64,000 nucleotides of DNA from Octopus vulgaris (GCA_951406725.2 OX597815.1:198152001-198216000), one strand, 5' to 3'; numbered from the stretch's first letter, positions 1 through 15,200 are shown. Numbers and translations: made by a program. The notes: generated from the letters alone by a model not told the origin.

Positions 1-1349
1 GTACAGTTACTCACAATGATAAGAAGCATAGGTCTGCTACAATATATATGCAATACTTCAAGGTCTATCAGCCAACAAATACCCTTCAGGATCTCGTTGT
101 TTTCGTTTCCAGTTTTAAGCTTAGATAATAGCAGTAATTCTATTTGTTCTACGGTGTTGTGGATAATAAGCATGTCACAATCTTTGACCGCAATAAAATA
201 TATTTGTCTCGTTCAAGTGTTCTATCCATCTCTTTTAGGCCGAGCTTAAACGAATTTATGACATATATGACATATATGACACTCACTTCAATATCAATAG
301 CAGCGGTTAAATTTCTTGATTACCAGTAAGTGATAACATTTTGCTGAGATATCAGAACTAGCGAACGTGCAATAATTGTGATTCTTGAAACGCGTTACCC
401 TTGTAAATCTGAATGTACCCCTAGTTATCTGACATTTGTCGTTAACATGCTATGAACAGACCAATATTCAATTTATTTCTAGGCTGACGGGAGAGAAGCA
501 TATTTCATGTCTAACGGCCTGGCTATTCTGTAGATTCGAACATTTGTCTTTACATTGTATCAATATATATTGGCTGGAAAATGGTTTTCGCATTACTATG
601 CCCCATCTACACAAAAATATGGCTGATTACATTTTTCTTAGTTGACACATGATCCCTGCATTCCGATTAGTCAGCCCTATTTATTTGTCTAGACTTGTGA
701 TATGTCTATTTAAGAGTACATTCTTGATTGTGTATTTCAAAGAAAATCTTTTATATTTGAGATTGTGTATATCAGAGTTTCTGTACTTCAAGCACAACCA
801 TTATATCCGAAGATGTCTATCAGAGAATGGGAAATTTAAATAGAAGATCTTGTATCAATTAAAAGCTGCTATTGTCCTGATTATCATAAAGCAGAATAAT
901 TGTGTAATGAGGTAGTAATTGCTTGCAACAAATTACAAATAGGTAGTAATCACTCGTGCATTAGTCATTTTGAGCACCCAAATATTCAACAGAGGAAAAC
1001 AAATATTAAGGCGGTAGTGTCTACTTTCTGGATTACCTTATCAGATGAAAGCATACACTATCAATGTAGTTAATTACCACTTCACTACATAGTCTACTCT
1101 CATTGAGTTCAAGTGATATCGATGACATAGTTTGGTCGGAAGAGTGTTTGATGCTGAAGTCTATTTAATAGTTGCAGGAATGAAACAGTATGTATATATA
1201 CAATGTGACAAAATTGAAAGATATATTCTGTTTATTTTTCCATTGCAATGTAAGTCTCCTCTCGTACCTCGTTTCAGGTCAAGGAATTTGAACTGAATGC
1301 ACGATAGACAGGCTAATCTTTATAGGCTAATCTCAAACACTCAAAGACT

Positions 1350-1560
1350 TTATATAATTTCATATAGGTATACATCATAAAAATACTCCACGTCTACAGA
1401 AGCGAAGACATGTTTTTTTAAATGACTTGCAAATCCATTGAAAGAGTAAATCATTTGCAAATGGACTTTCCAATTTTATATAATTTTACCTCACTCATTT
1501 ACATCGATATCTTTAATGAAATACATGATCTTTCAAACAGTTATGTCTTTTTATAATCTC
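1350..1560. repeat. ~210 bp AT-rich repeat, inverted copy of 7764-7977
   Basis: Reverse complement (gagattataaaaagacataactgtttgaaagatcatgtatttca...tacctatatgaaattatata) aligns colinearly with 7764-7977, with scattered mismatches. Confidence 0.85.
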
Positions 1561-2591
1561 AAACACAAATACACGTTTGAGGAAACTAACCTTGCGGACA
1601 GACTTTTAAAACTATCAGTCATTTATGGGATCCACTTTCTTAGGAGAATATAACTGGGGAACGAAGGTTTTATGGCGTTTTGGAGCACATTCGCTATCAA
1701 AAATTTCTGTATCTTATCACAAAGGAAGTAACTACATCTGCTAGTAAGATCGAAAACCACTGACATTAACTCATTCCGATATGCAGCATATGTAAATGCA
1801 ATGATGGAGACCGTTTGTTCCTCAGAGCAACACACATAATTTTTTTTCTTTTATGGAAGTTGTAATCCACTATAGTCTCCTTTTCATGTGCTTGACAAAA
1901 CGAAGTACGACACTTCTTGATGTCTTCTAGCGTGGGTATATATATTGTACTTTTGGTGAGCATCTATGGTATCTATGGTCCAAAACAAAGTTTGTCTGGA
2001 ACCACAGAGTAAACAAATATGGAGTGTGATTCCAGAGGGAAATTACATAAAAGACATTGGTACCTAGTTCCATTCGTCGCATGCTTAAAGCCTATAAATA
2101 CATATACATGTACGCATATATAAATTTGCAAATTACAAAGAAATAGTATAATGAAAATATATTTAATAGTAATAAAATTCAAACATCATGACAAATTGAT
2201 TTGTAACTTCAAGTATGTAAAGATAATTTAGGTTATTATATCTAACATTAACGAAATTGCGTGTGTATAAAGGCAAAATGCTAAATTCTTTTAAGACAAA
2301 GCAGAAATTAAGCTACGTCCACAAATGAAAGAAAGTCTTTGCTAAATACTACATTGCCGATGTAACGTTAAGAAAGTGTTAATAAATAAAAGATAATAGA
2401 AGATTATAATATTACCGAATTTAATATAATATAAAAATTTATACACCACGTATTGCTTTCTCTTGTATTGTACAATATATTCTATGTTTTGTAGAATGAT
2501 ATAAGGAATTTTTTTTCTCGGTACTACCGGATTACTTGAATCCATCTATTGTAACTTAAACTTATGTGCATATATATATATATATGAGTGA

Positions 2592-2625
<34 letters not shown>

Positions 2626-3288
2626 GTTTATATTAGTTTATCTCTTCGAGGGTATAAGTAAAATAGCAAAGGAAATTTTGCAATATAAATCATGAAAAAA
2701 AAAAAAACGAAGACAGTCATCTCTTTTGAACTACGAATACTATATTAAATCATCTTGATCAACGCTTTTATTGCCCCTACATTATTGATAAGAATTAAGT
2801 TTTCTTCTAATTATAGTCATGTTCGTCAATTAATCAAAATATTCACCGAATGTCTTCCACAAGTCAGCCAGGGGACTTGTTGTCAATTCAACTGATGAGA
2901 TCATAAGTTCACAAGAGAATGGAAATTAAGCTCATTTGATATATTTTAATATAATTCTTCTTAATATTTCTTTCTGTATTGAATATAATCGTCTATAAGA
3001 ATACTTTTTTTGTTTACTTTTTAATAGATTTCACCTATACGGCATTACAAAGAAACGGTGAACTCTGCAGTGCATCACATTTGGCACTGATCTTAGGATT
3101 ATTGTCTAAAGCCAAAAGATTTATTGACTCCAGGGTGAATTTAGGTCAGTCCCAGCAAAGTCAAACAAGCCTCTTTCAGAGTAGATGTGGTGGAGGGGGA
3201 GAATGAATGACAAAGAGAGAGAGAGAGAGCGATGGAGAAGAGCAAAATTACGTGCGCGTGTTCATATGTGTAAATGTGTATATTTCTG

Positions 3289-3321
<33 letters not shown>

Positions 3322-3971
3322 ATGTGAGTGCATGTGTGTAGGTGTATGCGTCTGAGTGTTCTTGTGTGATCTAGAACCTTTCGTTCGATGCCAAGATGCT
3401 CTTTTATGTTTCGCTATAAGTAAAATTGCTAATATAATAACATACTCAATTATTTTGTCCAATTCACGAGGGAGGGAAGTCAAGGAAGACCAAAAATACG
3501 TCATCTGCATCTTTTCAGTTAACCTTGTCTCGTTGAAAATATATTATTTATCGATTTCTGCAAGAAACTTTTGTTCTTCTTCTTAATCGATTGAACTGCA
3601 CATAAAGCTGAAACTACTTGGCTTAGTTTTTTTTTTTTCTGTGATTTATATTACTTTTAGGATTGAAGAGAAATTTAGCGAAAGAAATCCCTGTTGTGTT
3701 AATATATCATAATTTAATTAAAACCTTTAGATGGTTTAAATAATGGACTAGATTTACAGAAATGCTAAGTTTTCTGATGGACCTTAAGAGATGTCTCCAT
3801 TAATCTGTCCAGATGTTCTGCAATTTAATTAATATCGGAGATACTACATAATTGTAGACTTAAATATGGAATAATCCACAACAATGGATTCTTAAACTTA
3901 CTTAAAATGCGAAATCTATATTAATTATGCTGCTGTATGGAAATGCAAGCTGTTTTTATAATTTAAATGTT

Positions 3972-4362
3972 CTTTTTACTCTCTCTTTTATTCTTTTACG
4001 TGTTTCAGTTATTTGACTGCGGCCATGCTGGAGCACCGCCTTTTAATTGAGCAACTCGACTCTGGGACTTATTCTTTGTAAGCCCAGTACTTATTCTATC
4101 GGTCTCTTTTGCCGAACCGCTAAGTGACGGGGACGTAAACACACCAGCAATGCTAGGGGGACAAACACAGACACACAAACACACACACACATATACATAT
4201 ATATATATATATATACATATATACGACAGGCTTCTTTCAGTTTCTGTCTACCAAATCCACTCACAAGGCTTTCGTCGGCCCGAGGCTATAGCAGAAGTCA
4301 CTTACCCAAAATGCCACGCAGTGGGACTGAACCCGAAACCATGAGGTTGGTAATCAAGCTAC
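3972..4362 (-). mobile_element. tRNA-derived SINE family A, body and 3' tail (head displaced to 6410-6448)
   Basis: Matches intact copies at 39705-40103 and 63550-63946: B-box-like GGTTCAGTCC, internal (TA)/(CA) microsatellite, tail ggcggtgctccagcatggccgcagtc. Confidence 0.9.
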
Positions 4363-4538
4363 TTTATTTCAAAACATTTGCCATAAAGGCAGTACACAGA
4401 TTAAGTTAGCTTTGCGGGCTGGACGAGGACATTAATGAAGTGAATGATAATGAAAGACAGATGATAAGGATGGGAGAAGACAAAAAGCGCCCGCCGACTT
4501 TCGCTTCTCTAAAACATTGTTCTTTTTAAAGATAAACA

Positions 4539-4673
4539 CAAAACGAGGTATTAAACCTCTTACATTTTTTCCAATTTTTGGACTTAGCAGTCCATTATTA
4601 ATAAAAATGCAAAACGAGGTATTAAACCTCTTTCAATTTTCGAATTTTTGGACTTAGCAGTCCATTATTAATA
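4539..4673. repeat. Two ~70 bp tandem copies in the 3' UTR of the ORF1-only element
   Basis: aaaacgaggtattaaacctct...aatttttggacttagcagtccattattaata occurs twice. Confidence 0.9.
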
Positions 4674-4688
4674 CTAACAGTTCAATAA

Positions 4689-5886
4689 TTACATATCGTC
4701 CTCGAAATAGCTTGTGCCCGCGCTCTCCACCATCATACACGCCTCCCTCAGAACGTAATCAAGTTCCGAGTTCGCGTCGCCCGGGATCAAGCTATAATCT
4801 CCATTGAGCTCCTTTAGCCCAAGCGTCACGTCGAACGCCACGGCCTCCACAGCTATCTGCGGAGGCCATTCGGGGTCCTGTGTGAAGACTAAAGGAGCTC
4901 CTTTGTGGTACTCTTCCATCATTTTTTTTTCAATTTCTCCTCCTCTATAGAAGAGGACCAATACGTTCAGTTCTTTCGTTGGCGGCACAGTTCCCGCCAA
5001 CGTCTGCGGCTCATGGATATCAGCCGCCCGACCTTTCTTTCTTTTTCTCCTTCTTTTGGGGGAGACTGCTGACCCAGGGGACTCCGTCACCAGACACGGG
5101 GGATCGCTATCCCCCTCCGCCACCTGAGCGTTCTTTGGCGAGCAGCCATTGTTGCTCGCCTGTCTCTTTCTTTTCGTGGAGGCAACCTCCTCCACGATTT
5201 CCACCGTCTCCCCCTCCAATGAGGGGCGGCGGGCGCCTTTTCCCCTTCATGCTCCGGGGCACCACCACGGCCCCCGGGACAATTCCTCTTCATATGTCCG
5301 GGCTTCAGGCACAGGTGACACTTGGGGGGCGTCCCTCGAGTATCACCGGGTACCTGTGCCCAGCCATTCTCAGGAAGTTCGGGAATTTCATTTCTCCCAC
5401 GGCCACCGGTGTCCACAGGGTCAAAGTTGCCTTTGACCCCTCCCAGGCGACCGCGGGAGCCATTTTCACACTCAGTAGCCTGGGTCCGCTATCCCCCAGG
5501 CCTCGCCGGATGGTCTTCTCGATCCATTCCGCCTCCGTGCCCGGGGGCAGCCCACAAACCCAGGCTCTTTTTACTTTTCTGCCACAATACGAGGGGAGGA
5601 ACAAAATTTCCTCTCCCTCCAGTGACTCGCTAGCAAATCTGCTAGCTTCCTCGAGGGTATCAAACAGCAACCACACCGTTGCAAATTTACTCCCCCGAGA
5701 AATAAACTTTATCGTTGGTAGGTTGTCCCCCAACTCTTTCTCTATGGTGCTCCTGTCGAAGAGGGTGATAGCTCCACGCGACCTAGAATAGGTTCGTAGG
5801 ACCACCGTCCTCTTCTCAAGACTTTCAATCCACTACTTGGGTGGGAAAACCTCCCATTCCAAAGCAGTGGTTTCTTTTGTTGCCAT
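4689..5886 (-). pseudogene. Disrupted ORF1/gag-like protein (~400 aa): putative RRM-like N-terminal half, CX2CX4HX4C knuckle, low-complexity basic/acidic tail
   Basis: ATG at 5886 (MATKETTALEWEVFPPK*WIESLEKRTVVLRT...), one in-frame TAG, frameshift at the G-run near 5325 into PPKCHLCLKPGHMKRNCPG, second frameshift near 5220 into ORF 4689-5219. Confidence 0.8.
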
Positions 5887-6050
5887 GATTTTGAAAAAAA
5901 GTTCAACTAAAAGTTCAAAGTCCAATAAGAAAAAACACAATGACAGAACAGAAAGACAGAACAGAGAAAAGGACGAAGGAAGACAGTTCAAATAATGGCA
6001 ACACAGTTCTGCAACTGGTAATCCTCACGAAACAGGGTACTCCTAGTTGC

Positions 6051-6112
6051 AGCACACTTGGTTCTCCGTGGTAAATCCAAGCACAATTGGTTCTCCGTGG
6101 TAAATCCAAGCG
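6051..6112. repeat. Two ~30 bp tandem copies in the 5' UTR of the ORF1-only element
   Basis: ttggttctccgtggtaaatccaagc occurs twice. Confidence 0.9.
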
Positions 6113-6409
6113 AACAAATTAATTTTTGAGGAGGGGCAATGCCTCTTCAAAATACACAATTCTCACTAAAAGGTGAGACAATAAATACGCCAACAGGCAG
6201 AACAAATACATCCGAGGCAAAATGAAGCTTATTACGCGCAGAAAAGTGTTAACACTAATTAACATTAATGCCAAAAAAGTATTAACGGCAAGCAATAAAC
6301 CTCACTATGCTTCCAAAAATATCCAAAATGTCCTACCTGTTGCCGTAAAATGTTCAATAATTCACGTTAACACGTGACATTTGCCGGAGCAAAAAACAGC
6401 ACGTCTGTC

Positions 6410-6448
6410 TGGTAAGAAGCTACATACCACACAACCACTCCTGCGCCC
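6410..6448 (-). mobile_element. 5' tRNA-like head (A-box part) of the interrupted SINE A copy
   Basis: tggtaagaagctacataccacacaaccactcctgcgccc matches the head of the intact copy at 63907-63946. Confidence 0.85.
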
Positions 6449-6519
6449 TTTGTAAATATTTATTGAAATACACTGTTTGATGCAGAAATACAGTCTTGGG
6501 ACGCATATGAGGTCATCAG

Positions 6520-6629
<110 letters not shown>

Positions 6630-7280
6630 ATGTATGTACGTATGTATATATTTCATACGTTTACGACTCACCGTTACCTAGTAATGAAGAAGACAATCGT
6701 TCACTGTTAAATTTTTCGCAAATTAATGAGAGAGTTATATAAACATTTATTATGATAATCCGTCAAATAGCATCTAATTTCCTGTTATGAATGACTGTTA
6801 AACTGTGGAAGCTATTGTTAAAGTAAAGCACGAAATGACTGAAAATTTCTCTTGGATCAGATGCAATACAAATGATGACAGATAGGTCTCATAAAATATG
6901 TAATACTGGATTAATATTTGAACAAAATATAATAAAATTACTGACAGAAATGCACGCTCTATTTCATTTCTACTTTAGATTTCTAGAGTAATACAACTAC
7001 GTAGCTTATAACTGTGCAAGAAAAATATGTTATTGCATTTGTTAATTCTCAAGTATGATAATGAGGTGGCATTGGATGTACGATCACTGATGCCTTCGTA
7101 CATGGTTTGTATTTGATTGGAATAAATACGAAAAAGCGAGCATATTTATTTTTTTGTCATAAATTATCTCCATATAGGAATGAATCAGAGTGTGACACTG
7201 GTGTGTATACATAATATAACATCGATACCAGAAACACGATTTATTGTTCTCTACACACTTGCACAAATTCATAACAATAG

Positions 7281-7623
7281 CATTCTTGCTCACAACATCA
7301 TAAGCGGAAGGTGTAACCTCTCGAAAGAGCTGTTCTTCACTCCTGCTCCAGAGCGTCGGCTGCTGGGTCACTCCGAAAAGCTCTATCTGCGACGATTTCA
7401 TCTCAATCGAAGGAGAGGGGCTTTCTCTGTCCGGGTTGCGGATCCGTGGAATAAGCTGCCGGACGAGATAGTGAAGATGCCGAGGACCGCTCGGTTCAAA
7501 GTATCCCTTGACCACAAGTGGCCTGAACTCTTTACATGAACACCACCCTGTACATAACTCCATGTCCTCCTACATGGCCTCGGTTTTCGCTTTTTGACCC
7601 AAAAAATTAACTAACTAACTAAC
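7281..7623 (+). mobile_element. CR1-clade LINE 3' fragment with (TAAC)n tail
   Basis: GHSEKLY...FSVRVADPWNKLP...FKVSLD is the typical CR1 ORF2 C-terminus; tandem-repeat tail; related copies at 10661 and 50515. Confidence 0.85.
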
Positions 7624-7763
7624 ATGTAATCCATAAAACAAAGAAATATATACGCACTATACGCACTTTCTGACAAGGTGTGGTGTACCTGAGCACGGTA
7701 TACAATTATTTCATTATTATATTATATTATTATATACACAGATGACCACAACTCTAACTAAAT

Positions 7764-7977
7764 GAGAAATATAAAAAAGACATAACTGTTTGAAAGATCA
7801 TGTATTTCACTAAAGATATCGATGTAAATGAGTGAAGTAAAATTATATAAAATTGGACAATTCATTAGCAAATGATTTCTCTTTCAATGGATTTACAAGT
7901 CATTTTCTTTATAATTTGTCTTCGCTTCTGTAGTCTTTGAGTAGTTTTATGATATATACCTATATGTAATTATATAA
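7764..7977. repeat. Inverted partner of 1350-1560
   Basis: Colinear reverse-complement match. Confidence 0.85.
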
Positions 7978-8340
7978 CGTGTTATTACAAATACCTGTTG
8001 TGTGATGCAAATCTTATTTGAAATAATGTAAGCATACTTTATAGCAGGCGATTTGTGGACATAGCACCAGAGTGGCAGTATTAACCAAATAAACCAAAAA
8101 TAAACTAAATAAGTAACATCTTAATATTTAACGACCGGGAAAATGAAAAACAGAAATAATTCCAAGAAATGATGAACAAATATCTCGAGCCAATTTACGT
8201 GCTAGTGAAAGAACGGTTTGAAACAGTTAAGGCACAAAATCTTGGGCGAAGATATCATTTACCAAACTGAGCATTACCAAGACCATGGCGTTCTTTCATT
8301 TATCTGATACTAGTGACGAGAAAAGATACAGAGAGGAACT

Positions 8341-8712
8341 GGATGGAAGCACTCCGTCGGTTACGACGAGGAGGGTTCCGATTGATCCGATGAACGGAAC
8401 AGCCTGCTCGTGAAATTAACGTGTAAGTGGCTGAGAATTCCACAGACACGTGTACCCTTAATGTAGTCCTCGGGGATATTCAGCGTGACACAGAGTGTGA
8501 CAAGGCCGGCCCTTTGAAATACAGGTACAACAGAAACAGGAAGTAAGAGTGAGAGAAAGAGTACAGCAGGGATCACCATCATCCCTGCCGGAGCCTCATG
8601 GAGCTTTGGGTCTTTTCGCTCAATAAACACTGAAAACGCCTGGTCTGGGAATCGAAACCGCGATCCTACAACCGCGTGTCCGCTGCCCTAACCACTGGGC
8701 CATTGCGCCTCC
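8341..8712 (-). mobile_element. tRNA-derived SINE family C (possibly octopus OR1/OR2-type)
   Basis: Minus strand begins GGAGGCGCAATGGCCCAGTGGTTAGG (A box) ... GGTTTCGATTCC (B box); head shared with 46961-47255. Confidence 0.85.
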
Positions 8713-8980
8713 ACAGAGAGGAACTATAAGGATACACGACGACGAAAAGATTAAAATAGGAGATATAACCTCTAAAAATATTATTATATGTTGCATCATC
8801 ACATACCAAATTGGCCTAAAAGCGTGTTTCTTTTTTCTTTTATAAATTTCTTTATATAGAACACTTGTTTACGGAAATCGGTCTACGAAATATGTAGCAT
8901 GTTTCTGTTGTTTCAGAAGATATATCACCTCTCATTTCTTCATTTCTGCCACTTTCTATATTTGTATATTTCGCTATTTG

Positions 8981-9278
<298 letters not shown>

Positions 9279-9702
9279 ACAGTTAGAGTGAGAGAAGAGC
9301 AGGAAAATACAAAATAAATATATCGGGGTTCGAATTAGGATATATGGGCTTTGAAGTATAATACTTGGATTGCATGTTCAACTGTAAGTGAAATTATGAG
9401 ATGATATAGGCATATGTGTGGTACTAAATGAGATGCGAAGCAATGTTGCGGAAATATATCGGGGAATGTTGATAAATTCATGTTCATAATGGGACAAGAA
9501 TGCTATTCACTCCTTACTTCTATGTAGTTGTATTCATATAGGCCAATCACCTCTAGACAAATTCACTATGGCCGTATTCTCTAAGCTGATATGATTATAT
9601 AAACTGCGATAAAAAGAGACAAATGCACAAACACAAACACACAAACTATATATTTATAATTACTTATGTATGTATGTATGTATGTATCTCTCTCTCCCTC
9701 TG

Positions 9703-9779
<77 letters not shown>

Positions 9780-9844
9780 CGAGATAGATAGATAGACAGA
9801 CAGACAGATAGATAGATAGATATAGTAATATAAATATATAAGGC

Positions 9845-9889
9845 ACGATATATTCGTGATCAGAGGCGTTCGTAAAGCTAGGTTCTCCT
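9845..9889 (-). mobile_element. Possible pogo/Tigger-type DNA transposon terminus remnant
   Basis: Minus strand TA|CAGGAGAACCTAGCTTTACGAACGCCTC resembles CAGTNGAACCTCG-type TIRs adjacent to a TA; no partner end found. Confidence 0.35.
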
Positions 9890-9894
9890 GTATA

Positions 9895-9953
<59 letters not shown>

Positions 9954-10004
9954 ATGTGTGTGTGTGTGAGTGTGTGTGTGTGTGCGTGTGTGTGTTATAT
10001 GATG

Positions 10005-10575
10005 TGGACACCAACATAAACTGGGCTGCTGATATAAAAAGTAAATTTAACATGGCCTGCAGAATGTCTTCCAGGATTTTTAGAACTTTCCATTCGTGAG
10101 ATATCCACAACATTATCTTCCTGTTTACGTTCTTTGGGGTCGACTAAAAGTCTGTATTCTCTCCAACGCCGCAGTGAGTGATACATCTGCATGATGTCCG
10201 ACATCGCCCAAATGATGTTGACATGGCCTTTAATTTTTGGGCCCTGTTCTATCCGCTCACAACACAAATAATACGTCGCATAATAATAAGGCACAATTAT
10301 TTCACTTGAGTTGGCCCCGCTCTCACTAACATTATACCATGAAAATGAGAATTGAAATAAACCGCATAAAGTTCAAGAAGTAGTTGACCAAATTCCTTTA
10401 AAAAATCCCAGATAAACCACTTACACCCGGATGTCTTCGTAAACAATAGGTCTCTCCTCGAGAGGGCCATGTTTTACGATTCCTGATTTCAATGACTTTT
10501 AAACGTGGTGCTATTAAGTTTGACATGGCCTGGGCCAATACTGGACGAGTCCTATCAGAGTATCTTAGTATCTAA
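10005..10575 (+). mobile_element. Degraded CR1-group LINE 3' fragment
   Basis: VDTNINWAADIKSKFNMACRMSSRIFRTFHS and LYSLQRR remnants; 3' end gtggtgctattaagtttgacatggcctgg matches the tail of the LINE at 34605-35220. Confidence 0.7.
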
Positions 10576-10660
10576 ATACATAGAAAGATATAGATATATT
10601 TATATGCATGTACATATCTATGATGAATATATCCATATAAATAAGTGCATATATACATAT

Positions 10661-10830
10661 ATAAGCTGCCAGACGAGATAGTGAAGATGCCGACGACCGC
10701 TCGGTTCAAAGTCTCTTTTGACCAGATATGGCTTGAACTCTTTGCATGAACACCCTTCCTGTACATAACTCCATGTCCCCCTACATGGCCTTGCCTTCTG
10801 CTTTTTGAGCCAAAAAATGAACTTAACTTA
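10661..10830 (+). mobile_element. CR1 LINE 3' terminal fragment
   Basis: Closely matches 7451-7620. Confidence 0.85.
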
Positions 10831-10874
10831 TGTAAATATGTATGCATATATGTATATATATATGCATATATATA

Positions 10875-10926
<52 letters not shown>

Positions 10927-10992
10927 GGTCCCGGGTTGAGTCGGGGTTAACCACAGTAAATAAGGTACTCAATACATAGCATAGTAAATTAA

Positions 10993-11122
10993 TTTGTTTT
11001 ATAGAAGGAGCTTCTACAGGACTAGAACTGTTTCATTCAAATGAAATCATCAGGAAGGTTCCTGATGATTTCATTTGAATTAAACAGTTCTAGTCCTGTA
11101 GAAGCTCTTTCTATAAAATAAA
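10993..11122. ncRNA. Fold-back of two head-to-head minimal type I hammerhead ribozyme motifs (Penelope-like terminal repeat)
   Basis: ~60 bp inverted arms centred at 11057-11058; minus arm reads cttc-CTGATGA-tttcatttgaat-GAAA-cag...ctg-TA-gaag; plus arm has TAAA instead of GAAA. Confidence 0.7.
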
Positions 11123-11124
11123 TA

Positions 11125-11164
<40 letters not shown>

Positions 11165-11167
11165 CAC

Positions 11168-11520
11168 TAGGCTCGAAACGTTAAAGACGGTTATACTTCC
11201 CGAGTGTTAAACTAATACATATGTTTGTTGTCTACACCACCTGTCTTTGTCTTTTGTTTTTTTGGTGAATTGTCTCATACACACACACGCGCGGATATAT
11301 ATACACACACACACACACATATATATATACAGGAAGTCAGGACGCCATGATAGAACGTTAGTTCCTACACGCATTTTTTCTCTCCTTGTTTTTTTCTGTG
11401 TATCTTTCTGTCGAAGAGCGTAGGCTCGAAACTTAAAAGACTTTTTTCTATTTCTATTCCTGAGCGCTATACTAATACATTTGCCTTCGTCTTTTGTTTA
11501 TTTTCGTAAACTTTCCCGTT
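11168..11520 (+). repeat. Two partial copies of a pLTR-like repeat with a hammerhead-like motif
   Basis: taggctcgaaac(g/t)t(t/a)aaagac...cgagtgttaaactaatacat / tgagcgctatactaatacat at 11168 and 11421. Confidence 0.6.
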
Positions 11521-12183
11521 ATATATATGAATATAAAGATATATGTATATATACATACAGTTTATAGAAAAAATATGTTTTCTGATATACGTAGTCCATA
11601 CGTAATAAGTGTACATGTGCACATTACGTATATCGGTAACCGGCTGTTCATACGTCTTGCCGTACGTGATTGTTTGTGTATTAGCGGACGTGTGGGCTGG
11701 TTTCATTTTGTAGATGAATATGTAGAAGTATGTGACTCAATTTCATCGAAATATGCGTAATGAAACGTGCGTACATATATGTTGAGACATTTATAAGAAT
11801 AATTATAGGGATGAATAACTAGCATGCTGGTATTTTGTGTTTGGGGATATGCACAGAAGTGAGTCTTTTGTATATCAATCACATTATTTCTACTTATACA
11901 CATATATGCTAGCGTGCGTTTGATTGTCTACACAGATGCGGGCATACGCACACACACACATACACACACACTAACACACGTAAATATATATGCAAATATA
12001 TGCATACATACATATATGTATTATTATGTAATATATACGCACATATATGTAGGTATATATATTTGTTTATATACATGTATGAATATATTTACAAACGCCT
12101 ACATGTATATAAACACGTATACACCCTTGTATATAACTGCATATATCTGTGTATATACATATACAAATACTATCATTTTTGCG

Positions 12184-12262
<79 letters not shown>

Positions 12263-12297
12263 TGATGATGATGATGATGATAATAATAATAATGATG

Positions 12298-12336
<39 letters not shown>

Positions 12337-12356
12337 TTAATGATAATAATAATAAT
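12184..12356. repeat. (AAT)n/(GAT)n microsatellite
   Basis: Directly visible. Confidence 0.95.
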
Positions 12357-12959
12357 GTATGGAATATTGCATATCGAGGCACATCACATAAAAGTATACA
12401 AATGTTCACGTAAATATTGGGTTGGAAACCCTTTGGGTATATATGTGCCTCTATGTATATATATGTATTTATAAATGTGGACATGCACCTACCTGTGTGC
12501 ATGTGTGTGTATATGTCTATCTATCTTCCTTACGATCTCTCATTAATTTCTCTCTCCTCTCTCTCTCTCTCTCTATACATATATATATATATATATATAT
12601 ATTTGTACATATGCATACTCATATATGTGACACACATATAAGCGTCCCTCTCTACAAAACAGGGAGATAAGTGATAGAAATATCGTTTGAGAATTATGCA
12701 TGTAGGTATATAGGTGTGTGGATAAATATAGGCATTCATCATCGAATAATGTCATGGCGAAAAAATCGTGTTTATTTCTTTGCATAGGAAAACCTGAAGC
12801 AGCGAACATTGGACAGCGTTGTTCAGTAGAATCCATCCTACATGGTGATCATTAAAATGTCGGAAACGGAAAACGAAAGGGAGAATAGAATGCTTGTTTG
12901 ACAAATAAGTATAATATACTCTCAAAATAACAATGCCCACATGAGCATATCCAACAATG

Positions 12960-15200
<2,241 letters not shown>

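Larger units (their letters stand above)
4363..6409 (-). mobile_element. Non-autonomous ORF1-only non-LTR retroelement (HAL1-like organisation, probably Tx1/L1 group)
   Basis: Flanked by duplication tggtaatcaagctac (4348-4362) / tggtaagaagctac (6410-6423); AATAAA at the 3' terminus; 5' end GACAGACGTG; single broken ORF with zinc knuckle and no RT or endonuclease. Confidence 0.75.

Noticed and set aside
1-2100. Possible terminal exon or transposase remnant
   Set aside because: Only short frames with frequent stops and no motif I could recognise.
4979-5791. 270 aa plus-strand ORF
   Set aside because: Antisense shadow of the GC-rich minus-strand ORF1; no recognisable motif.
8640-8712. Possible tRNA gene
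   Set aside because: It has A/B boxes but continues into a repeated body with a second copy at 47 kb, so it is a SINE head.
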